NCBI GenBank assembly: GCA_976551045.1
Contig: CDPCPM010000026.1
Location: 7,068,001 to 7,132,000 of the forward strand
Length of the DNA stretch: 64,000 bases
Reading direction: 5' to 3'
DNA from: Glaucostegus cemiculus
Lineage: Eukaryota
Part shown: positions 39,701 to 49,575 of the stretch, in pieces
Layout of the letters: each line of letters opens with the position of its first letter
How positions within the stretch are numbered: the first letter of the stretch is position 1
Notes under the pieces: generated by a model
What the model was told of the DNA's origin: nothing
The model's database searches: none
Seen by the model: only the letters and a program-made list of their open reading frames with translations
Made by a program: the position numbers and the translations under genes

Positions 39701-40189
39701 CTCGATTACATTATGTGTACTGTACAATCCTATCGAATTTTCGGCAGTGATGTTTAACATTAGAAAAAATAAATATTTTAAATTAGCAAAATAAAACTCA
39801 ATCTTACTTCAGGGTCATTAAAACTTTATAGTTCACAGCGGAAGTCTTAGTTAGGGTAAGCACTGGACCAACTTTGTTTAAAAAAAAAGGATCGGTTTCA
39901 GATTATGGAAGATTTTATAGCGCTTCCTTTAACCACGACTTCTTACACATTCCCTGAAGAGGTTTATAAGTGTAAAAGGAGTAACGAGTGTTAAAGAGGA
40001 GTAATAAATCAGCAGCTGGCCAGCGGGTCCTGACACCGCCCGGAGATGCGGCACGTGTCATGGCCGGGGTCTGAGTGCCTCAGAGCGGGGAAGTGTCCCA
40101 GCCAGGACCGCCGGTTAGACAGCTTCATTTATTGAGTTACAGTTCAAACATGGAACGAGCTGATCTGACCTTTTAACTTTTTTTCAATA

Positions 40190-40415
40190 CTGATCAAAAA
40201 CTAATTCCACAAATGTACATGAAATAATAAATAATGGTGCTTATAGTCTGATGACTCCACTGTAATGAAATCCCGACATGAAGCTTTTGCCCCGAAGGAA
40301 ACATTGATCCTAACAGCATAATGGCCTTTCCATGAAAGAATGAGCAAAATATGCAATAACCTCGCTTAGCATAAACTGCTATCAAAGGAACTGTGTCACA
40401 GGACTGAGTCACTAT
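40190..40415. promoter_or_regulatory. Candidate CNE ~3 kb upstream of irx3
   Basis: TAAT/CATTGA cores, TCF-like ATCAAAG (40381), AP-1 TGAGTCA (40405). Confidence 0.4.
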
Positions 40416-42999
40416 CTGTTAGATTCGTATACGTACCTATTGCTTTATTGCTCAATATTCATTATTACTCTTTGCTTAACTCATTTAGAATTACTAAGTA
40501 TTGAAAAGCCTGTTAATCGCACAGTAATTTAACGAACCTCTTAGGTCTTCAAAGGGTTAATAACAATAACATGTTCAGTACCGTATGTTCCCTAAAATCA
40601 AGAGGCGGGCTTCTTCACTCGACTAATTGATTTTCGTACAGTGTGCACTTCAGCCGCTAAAGTTACTCATTAAATTAATAGATTATTAGTGCGTTGGTGC
40701 TGTTGCAGATGTCAATGACAGAGGAGACACGTTTCTTACTGAGCATATTAAAACCAGTCACAATCCACGTGTCTTTCAGTAAGTAACAAACGTCTAAATT
40801 ACTGATACCACGATATGAAGTACGCGCAGTGACACGGGGCAAATCACATTAGCATAACAATATGGAATCTATAGAAATGCAGCGTCGAAACGTTCCGTGC
40901 CGTGACCTCCATTCCTTACTGTTCCCTTTAGCTGCATCACCTGCGTTCAGCATTTGCTCTTTCCGCCTTTTGATTTTTGTCCAATGTCAATCCTTGTTTT
41001 CACTCATTTCCCATTGCTTCACTTTCCTAGTCCTTCCCGCGTCCTAGCTTGGCTGTGCGGTGCTCCTGCCCGCAAATTCTTCGCACATTTGCTTTAATCA
41101 CTTTTTAAACGTCTCTCCGTGTCTGCTATTCTCCCGCCTTTACTATTCTGTCCTTGTGATCTGATTTCTTTTATCTCAGTCTTTCAATCTGTTTCTTTCT
41201 TGTCTTTAGTCTTCTCTAGTTCTCTCTCTCTTTTTAAAGATTATTCTATGTTCAGCCTGTGTTCATGGCTTTTCATTCTTACTTCTCTTCCTTTCCTTTC
41301 ATCCTCTGCGTTCTTCATTTCCTCTAACAATGTTTAATCTTTTTGGTTTGTTTCAGAAATGATCCCAATGCCGTCTTTTCATTTCCTCGACACCTTACTC
41401 TTCACCGCTACTCTCTCATTTCTTTTTCAGATGCATGTTCTATTCTTTGTGCCACTTTGCGTTGATTTGATTCCCTTCTAACACATGCGGATGAAGAGTT
41501 TCCTGAAACACCCTTGTAAGTGCGCAGACACACAATATTGAATTTTTCAAGATGATTAAAATTCTGTCTACATGACACATGGCAGTGTACTTGAGGTAAT
41601 TAATAAGCTAATAATCTTTTATTTCCCTCCTCCCTGCGAACAGTCCGGGCAGAAACTGAACTGGAGCTGATTCCGCCCCAAGCTCAGCTCAGATTAAACT
41701 GAAATAACAAACAGCTTTCCAATGTGCTGCAAAGCCGGTGTGTACATAACCAGAGATGTAGGTGGTGTTCGTCCTTGCAAAAGCTCTAAACACAGGTCGC
41801 TTCGAGAACCCTCCTCTGTGCAGAAAACAGAAACACCCCCGTATAAAATTAATGAGTTGAGTTTAATATAGCAACGGCGCGCGCAAAGTGGCATCGCAGT
41901 GAATTCTTCCAACGGGAAATAACGCACCGGCCAAAGCTTAGGGTAACCTGCACTGCAAGTTAAAATTTTATGAGTACGGATCACTGTTACTCTTTTGTGT
42001 GCTTTCTGCCTAAATGCACGTATCGCTTAAAGAACAAACGTAGCGTTTTATTTGCAAAACCTTTCTCAGAAATCAGATAATAATTCGATTTCCACATTGT
42101 ATTTCTGCTAATTTCGATACAGGAACCGACGTTGCTTAACAAGACCAGATAAATAAAATCTAAAACAAAATACTTTATTCTTCAAACAATGGATGGGCGA
42201 TTATCTGACATCAAATACCAAAAAGATGAGCCGTAAAGCGATTAGATGTGGTACATACAGATTTAATATATTGATTCGAAGAATTTCAATCCAGAGACTT
42301 GCTTCACTCTAATCCGCATTTATTACAACCTCGTATTTAGCTTTATCATACAGACCTATCGTTGCTGAACACCACAGAGGAGCAAGGAACAGGGTACAAA
42401 CAACGTGGGGTCATAAATTTGCTAATTACAGTTTAGGGACAGGGCGAAAAGTGATAATGAGTTTGGTCTGAAGGTGCCGGTGTCTGATTTTCACACCGCT
42501 TATTTACCAGCGTGACCACGAGATTGGGAGCTTCTGGGTTTGCGCCGGATTTTTTGTTTTAATATTGCGTTGGTTCTCTTTGATGTCAAGTGGTGACTCT
42601 ACAACTGTTTGAAGTCCATTATTAACAAAGAATTAACTCGATCCTAAGCTCTATTGCCCATTCTCAGCCTACGCGGAGAGGGTTCCTGCAGCGTAAGAAC
42701 CGCCAGCTCAATTAGAGAAAAAAACCCTGACACATTTGTACCAAAAAAACTTATTTTATTTAATAGAACAGATATCGGGATCAAAGTCGAAGTGTGTGCA
42801 TTTTGTATCTACGTCACCAAAACTAAGTATCTGCTTAACAAAGTTTAAACAATAGCTGGGAGAATAAAGTTTTGTCACACTGGGTGAAAAACTACATCAA
42901 AGAGATTAAAAGTTGTTCAAATTCTGTCTTGGTTTACTTGGGTCGATTCTCTTTCCTTTTTTGCTGCCAATTATAGTTCTACAAATACGTAGCTTTTAA

Positions 43000-43461
43000 A
43001 AGAAACCCTATGGCAAAAAGTGGGAGGCGAATGTTCTTCTTTAAAAAATTTGGAGCGGGCGTGTTTTTTGCCGGAGAAACTAGTACTGATTGGCGATTGC
43101 AAACTGCGACTTGAATGCAACTGAAATAAAAGATCGCGACGTCAGTAAATAGATTTGGAAAAGACACGCTCTGTGACAAAGGCAGAGATTGAGTAAAAGC
43201 TGCGGCGGACCCTAAAGAAATAGGAGGGGCTTAGTTAATACCAGAAATGTCAATCAGGCCATCAACTCCGAATAATCTCTACGAATCTGTTAGGACCTGA
43301 CCCGGGCACCTTCAGATCAATAGCAAGTTGAGAGAGAGCGATCGGATCGGTTACAGTGCGTCTGCATGTGGAAACGTATACTTTCAACTGAGTCTATAGC
43401 ATTAAAGGTGGATTCTGCGGCTCTTTCTGCACAGAGATTTCTCTCGCAGTAGTCACTGACC
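43000..43461 (+). promoter_or_regulatory. irx3 proximal promoter / 5' UTR
   Basis: CpG-rich; GC-box-like GGAGCGGGCG (~43052), inverted CCAAT (ATTGG 43089-43093), CRE-like GACGTCA (43138-43144), TGTCAATCA Pbx/Meis site (43248-43256). TSS position is inferred, not shown. Confidence 0.65.
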
Positions 43462-43674
43462 ATGTCTTTCCCACAACTGGGATATCAGTACATAGCTGCT
43501 ACTAGGCCACTATACCCAGATCGCCAGGGTATATCGTCTTCCAGGACTGGGAGCGATCTGACGGCGTCCGGCGCTGCTTCTACTGTACTAACCATGTATG
43601 GATCCCCTTATGCCGCTCAAGGATACGGCGCCTTTTTGCCTTATGCAGCCGATCTCCCCATGTTTCCTCAACTG
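43462..43674 (+). CDS. irx3: Iroquois homeobox 3, coding exon 1 (71 codons, phase 0)
   Basis: ACCATG start; MSFPQLGYQYIAATRPLYP...MYGSPYAAQGYGAFLPYAADLPMFPQL is the Irx3-type N-terminus; donor CTG|GTAAGA at 43675. Confidence 0.95.
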
Positions 43675-44216
43675 GTAAGAACATTTACGTCAATTCGCTC
43701 TGTTTTAGTCCCTTCAATCTGGTAAATCATTAAAAAAAAGTTTGTTGCAATCATGAATACAAGACCCGGGGATGAGGGAGAGGAGATATAGGTCTCTGCG
43801 GTAATGCCGTTTTCCTTTTTTGTTAAAGAAAGGCAAACGCCGCTTTTATTTTTTTCCTGGCGAGTTTTCTCGGTAAAAGTTTTTTGCCCGTCGCTGTGCC
43901 GTGGTTAGTTTCACTCGCGCTCCCTTGTTAATTTCACTTGCAGATTTTTGTGCCAATTTCATCTTTGATTTGTTTCTAACCACTTTTAAGTCTGTAAACC
44001 TTCTCCCCCTCATTCGTCCTCCAAACTGATAAATTTCCCCAGCACCGACACCCTCTCCACCCCCCACCCCCCACTGCATTCACAGACTTTTTTTTGTGTT
44101 TCAAAATGGGCGGATCATTTAGTAATGCAGAACGTAATTGAAATAATACCAATGCTTTATTTTAATAGTATATTTTAAAATATTCCCACTTTCTCTCCCT
44201 TCGTTTTCTTGCTCAG

Positions 44217-45228
44217 GGCGCCCAATACGAACTGAAGGACAGTCCGAGCGTACAACACCCTGCTTTCCCACACCACCACGCCGCTTACTACCCTTACGGC
44301 CAATACCAGTTCGGGGACCCGTCCAGGCCGAAAAACGCCACAAGGGAAAGTACCAGCACATTGAAAGCCTGGCTCAATGAGCACAGAAAGAACCCATACC
44401 CGACCAAAGGGGAGAAAATCATGTTGGCCATTATCACCAAAATGACCCTGACCCAAGTGTCCACCTGGTTCGCCAATGCCCGGAGAAGGCTGAAAAAAGA
44501 GAACAAGATGACTTGGACGCCCAGAAACCGGACGGACGAAGAGGGTAATTCGTATGGAAGCGACCCGGACATGGAAGGCGAGAAAAAGGAGGACGACGAG
44601 GAGATCGATTTAGAGAATATCGATACGGAGAATATCGAGAGCAAAGAGGACGAAGATGATCACGACCCGGACTTAAACCTGGACTGCAAACTGGACGGCA
44701 GGAGTGACTCTGAGATCTCAGACACTTTTGATGACTTGAACGGTTCGGAGGACGGTTTTCTGAAATCGGTGGTAAAAGATAGCAGAGTGACTGAGGAGAA
44801 GCGAGGCGATCTGTCGCCTGAGATTTCAGGACAGTCCAGTGGCGATCAGACCAAAAGCAGCGCCGAGAGGAAAAGCCCCGTCTCCCCTCCGCCCGAGAGC
44901 AGCTTGTCGCTGAACCAGAAGCCGAAGATCTGGTCTTTGGCTGAAACCGCCACTACTCCGGACAATCCCCGCAAGTCCCCCCAGATCAGTAGCACTCCTG
45001 CGGGGCCCCCAGCCTCCTCTCTCCTCGGCCAGCACAGACTATTCGCCTGCCCCATGGGCAAATTTCAGAACTGGACAAACAGAACCTTTTCTCACCACCC
45101 CCTGGCTTTAATCAATTCAAACCACTTCCTCGGACTCAGTGCTGGCCAGGCGGCTCCGGCTACCGGTGTCCCTGCATTCTGTACAGTAAGAGAGGAGCGG
45201 GCTCAGACAGCAGAACCCACAGTAACAG
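44217..45228 (+). CDS. irx3: Iroquois homeobox 3, coding exon 2 (TALE homeodomain, acidic region, IRO box)
   Basis: Polypyrimidine tract plus CAG acceptor ending 44216; reads [10 protein letters not shown]...[64 protein letters not shown]; IRO box [13 protein letters not shown]; donor CAG|GTACAG at 45229 (phase 1). Confidence 0.96.
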
Positions 45229-45892
45229 GTACAGAGCACTTGACTGAAAAATACAAAATACATGCTCCAGCCAGACTGTGAGAACATCAGACACAATTTT
45301 CACAAGGATCAACTTAATGCAAAAAAAAAAGAATAAAATTGAATTAGCAGCCTTAACGCTGGGCCCCTTTTAAAGTTCAAATTTAAAATGAAAGAGAACT
45401 CAGTGAAGATCTCCAAAGTGATCCATACTGTTTCGAATTAATTTTATTTTCTGGTAATATCTATACAGAGGCTCTTTCTCCAAGCTTTTGAATCGATACC
45501 TAGAGATTTTTACATCCTGTTTCCGAAAAGTAGCATTGCTCAACTGTAACTGAATACAAAATAAAGCTCCTACAAGGCGCAATCAAAGTAATGGGATAAT
45601 GATTTTTTGATGGCCAAAATTACATTTATTATAAACTGATCTTTAGCGCCATTGTAAATGATAATTTATAATTTGATTACAGCAACTTTTTTCCAATAAG
45701 TATTAGACGGCAGAAAAGACCAATGTAATAAGATAACACTTACCATATATTGTATTCGGATCACTTTATCCTTCAAGTTGTATAATATATAACGATTCCC
45801 AAACAAAGTTGAATTCAGCGTGTCGCTCTGGGTAAAGGTGGCCTCGGTAATGGCGAACAATACCAATTATAAGAACTCGTTATTATTTACAG

Positions 45893-45959
45893 ATCGAAGC
45901 AGTGCCTTGGAAATAGAGAAAAAAATAGTAAAGACAGCTTTTCAGCCGGTTCAGAGACG
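45893..45959 (+). CDS. irx3: Iroquois homeobox 3, coding exon 3 (67 nt)
   Basis: Acceptor TTTACAG; (D)RSSALEIEKKIVKTAFQPVQR(R) resembles the Irx3-specific C-terminal segment (human DRCSALEVEKKLLKTAFQPVPRR as recalled); donor CG|GTAAGA; phases 1/2 fit. Confidence 0.93.
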
Positions 45960-46164
45960 GTAAGAAATACATTTTATTGTTCCCTGTATATTCCCACGAT
46001 TTCATACCAGACTCGAGATCCCAATCAAAGCAGGCCTACAACTATATTTGGGGTACTTTTCATCGCAGTTAATCTGCATTCAAAACTTAAATTGCAAAAC
46101 ATGGGTGTCAATGTTTATTACAAAAGTTGTAAACACTGATGGTCAATAATTTTATTCGTTTCAG

Positions 46165-46219
46165 ACCCCAGAACCAACTCGATGCAGCCATGGTTTTGTC
46201 GGCGCTTTCCTCCGCATAG
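46165..46219 (+). CDS. irx3: Iroquois homeobox 3, coding exon 4 (terminal)
   Basis: Acceptor TTTCAG; (R)PQNQLDAAMVLSALSSA then TAG at 46217-46219; total CDS 213+1012+67+55=1347 nt = 448 aa + stop. Confidence 0.93.
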
Positions 46220-46560
46220 TCCCTTTTGGCTTTTTTTTTAAACTTTATTTTGTAACCATTTTCTTGTTAAATGGAATGTAAAAATGTTCCCCCTGTATAG
46301 TTTAACCTGTAAGCATGTATGTGTATTAAAATAAAATTGGTAATGTTATACTGGCCGAGAAGGCGTGTATCAATTAGTTCAGTTTGTGACATGTGGAACC
46401 CAGTTTTTTTTGTAAGTCGAGTGAAAATTAGTTATCACCTGGTGTTCGAGATGTTTTGTATATACCGCAAACAAAAAATGTACATACGTGTGAACGAAAT
46501 TGTACAAGAAAGTATATATTTTTGGCTAATAAATGAACAGTTACGACTTTACATTTGTGT
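46220..46560 (+). terminator. irx3 3' UTR with polyadenylation signal AATAAA at 46528-46533
   Basis: AU-rich UTR; several UGUA elements upstream of AATAAA and a GU/U-rich tract downstream; a second AATAAA near 46329. Confidence 0.7.
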
Positions 46561-47228
46561 CTGAATTTTCGAAACTGTCAATGAGCAGCAGCAATTCCCC
46601 AGGAACAGATCAATGTTTTGTTTGCTAAATGCATTGAGATGTATGACTATCAATTGACATTTCGGCCAAGAGAAAATGCATATTGGAAATGCTGCAAATG
46701 AAGCGATTTAACTGAAAATGCCTAAATACTATTTAAAAGATTTTTTGTATGAAGGTTTATAACAGTCCGCATCAAATTGTAAAGCATATGATCCCTTCTG
46801 AATTATTTTTAAAATGCTGGTATCTCCGTTAGCGGGCAGTTATTACAATCGCTTTTTGCAGCTAATAGTTAAAAACTATTCCCAAGTGCCGAAATAACGC
46901 AGAGATTAAATTTTACACTATGTTTGCAACATTATTGAAGAAACCAAACTACTGCACTGAAGTACAGCTTCGTCGTTTGTTTAGATCCGTTATTTGTAAA
47001 CAATGCTTTGAGGACTATCGTATTGTAGGTTTTAGTAAATATCTTAACTGGTTGCAAGAGATCATAATTTCACTTTATCGTTAATGATTGTGGTTAAACA
47101 CCACGGCAATATTTTAATGCGAGATGATTGTAGATGCTGGAGACACTTAATGCAGTATAATGACTAAATGACTTGTATAATACCAGACCCCCGAAGGGCA
47201 GACGCTGATGTGTTGGGTTTTACAGTGA

Positions 47229-47278
47229 GGGGGAGGTGGAGGTGGTGGTGGGGAGGGGGGGTGGGGGGTGGGGGGGGG
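47229..47278 (+). repeat. G-rich low-complexity tract (G-quadruplex capable)
   Basis: Five runs of >=4 G. Confidence 0.85.
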
Positions 47279-48994
47279 CAAGAGTCGGACTTAGAGCGCC
47301 TCCTGCAGGCAGACACCCTGAAATGCCGCAGTAATAACCAGAGAGAACCGCCACAAATTAATGGTGGTACATCAAGGAGAGATAAGAGTCATAAAACGCC
47401 AGCTGCCTAATTTATTCTTGCTCTGCTCAATCCCTTCATTTTGTAAAATTTGATGATCTGTGAAAAAAAGTATAAAAACTTTTGATTCACTGTGTGCGTT
47501 GCTTTCAGAGCCGTGGGATTCCGAAACTGCCATTTATCCCCGGTATTTTGCAGAACTTAGCTGTGAATTCTGAAATGATCGAGGCCACAAGTCAAACTTC
47601 AATCGGCTCCCAACTTTGCGCAGAAGTTTGTTCCCTGGGAGTAAGTCAGTTTATTCCCACCCGAATGCTGTCATTCCCCGAAAGGGAAATAATTTAACGA
47701 ATAAAACGTTGGGAATGGTTTAAACAGGCCCCTACCAGTTGTGTGCGCAGACATACAGTAATTGTAAAAAGAAGCATTCCTTGAAAACCGACCAGACGGT
47801 GCATTAATCATTTTTAAAGGGACCGGCATCAACATTATTGTTCCAAATTGAATGTTCATTTAAAATGCCTATGGAAGTTCTTTATAAATTCTTGATAATA
47901 AATGAAATTATTTTTTACATGTTGATTCCCCAGTAGTGCCAGGTCTTGTGATGTGTTTCGTTGTGGTTGTTAATGATTTTCACTGAATTCTACCCGAGTT
48001 TCGTTAAGAAATCAAACATGTCTTACTAGCGCGTGTTACCCCAAGCTTTCGGGTTCTTCAGAAGGTAGGAAATTGATACTCACCCGATCATTTTATGTCA
48101 AAACTCCGCATTTGGCGGATCTTTCACAAAGTAGCATTTTGCCGATTGCTCGACTAGACCGTGCTAAAAGACTTCGACATCGCATTAATTTATAATACAA
48201 TAAAGTCCTGCTGTTTGAAGTGCAATCGATTACTACGTTTGAGCTTAAGTCAATCGAAGGTAAAATAAAGACATATTAAGTTAAACTTATTTTTAAAATG
48301 AAGTTTCTTTGTTGGATCTTGTAATGACTTTTTAAATGAAAATACATTCCGATTAAAATGGGATAAAATGTGCTTTTTACAACGGTTAGACAGGAAGGAG
48401 ATTCTGGGTTTGTGAGGCGGGTACATGCAAGTTAACTAGAGCGAATGATATTTCTGTTTTCCATCTTTTAAAAAAAGAAAGCACCACGTTTAAGATTCTT
48501 TAAGTGCAATAAATTGCAAATCCTTTAGTTTTCTAATTGCCACGCAGAGTGCAAATAGTTGCGACTGTGCATTTATTCAAGGAACTGAAACACGCAAGCA
48601 GTTTTTTTGTTAGAATTAGCTCAGAGTAGTTTGAAAAGCTTTAATTAAAATGTTTATATATTATGGTTTAGTTGCCTTGCCAAGATCCCCACCCTGCTTC
48701 ATTTTGGTTATGAGAATGTACAGCTCAGCAAACACAACCATAGTTAATGCGGTGTCTGTCTCACCAAATACTTCCTACAGTATTCAATTCAAGCTATCAG
48801 ACGCCTCATTTGGTGAACAGAATCGAATCCGGCCTTTCTGATCCATTTCCTAGGTCCAATCTTAGTATCAATTAAAATAAAACCAATTAAATTAAAAACA
48901 ATTGACACGTTTGGGTCGTTCACCGTAAGAGTGGGGTGCAAGAAGTTTAGGTAGGACTCACTAATGTGAGGTTGGGAGGCCGGCAAGTTACTGG

Positions 48995-49020
48995 TCTCTC
49001 TCTCTCTCTCTTTCTCTCTC
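48995..49020 (+). repeat. (CT)n microsatellite
   Basis: Seen directly. Confidence 0.9.
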
Positions 49021-49454
49021 GGATAAATCCTAATGCAGAATAGAAAGCTTCACAGTCTGACGACAGCACATCAACTGTACCCCTGGCATAATTTAGAGCA
49101 TTGTTTGAACTTTCCGCCCTTAATTGGTGTTTGCTGTTCCTGCTAATTTAAGGAGCTCCTGGAGCTTCACTTTCGACAGTACCCAGTTCCACTTAACCAG
49201 TGAGGCAACACAGAGCAGCAACGTCCCAATTGTTTTAATGCTCATTAATATCTTGGAAATTGAAAATTATATTGGGAAATTGCTTGAAACTTATGGAAAT
49301 GTTTCTTTTCACTAATCATTGGACCAGGCTCGGGCATTTATTACTTTAGCCGTCTCATTGTCTCATTGATGTGTATGAAAATACAGTTACTCCTCTCTCC
49401 AATCTCCTTATTCTGTTTTCCACTCCCTCCCTCCTTTCTTGCGCTCTCGTTCAT

Positions 49455-49575
49455 CCCCCTTCCCGTCTAATCAATTATCTGCCCACTATTCCTGTTCAGA
49501 AGTGAGAACCCATTACGCATATTCATAAATCATCTCTGGTTGGCGTGACACTGATTGATGCAATCATCTTTTTCC
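49455..49575. promoter_or_regulatory. Candidate Pbx-Hox/Meis enhancer downstream of irx3
   Basis: ATAAATCA 49525-49532, TGACA 49546-49550, TGATTGAT 49552-49559, TAATCAAT ~49468. Confidence 0.5.

Noticed and set aside
44119-45061. Antisense ORFs over exon 2
   Set aside because: Shadows of GC-rich coding sequence with no recognisable domain
44361-45281. 306-aa ORF as a complete gene
   Set aside because: Starts at an internal TTG and runs into intron 2; it is exon 2 of spliced irx3
43462-46219. Assignment as irx1
   Set aside because: GYQY N-terminus, DPSRPK and the SALEIEKK/QNQLDAAMVLSALSS C-terminus fit Irx3
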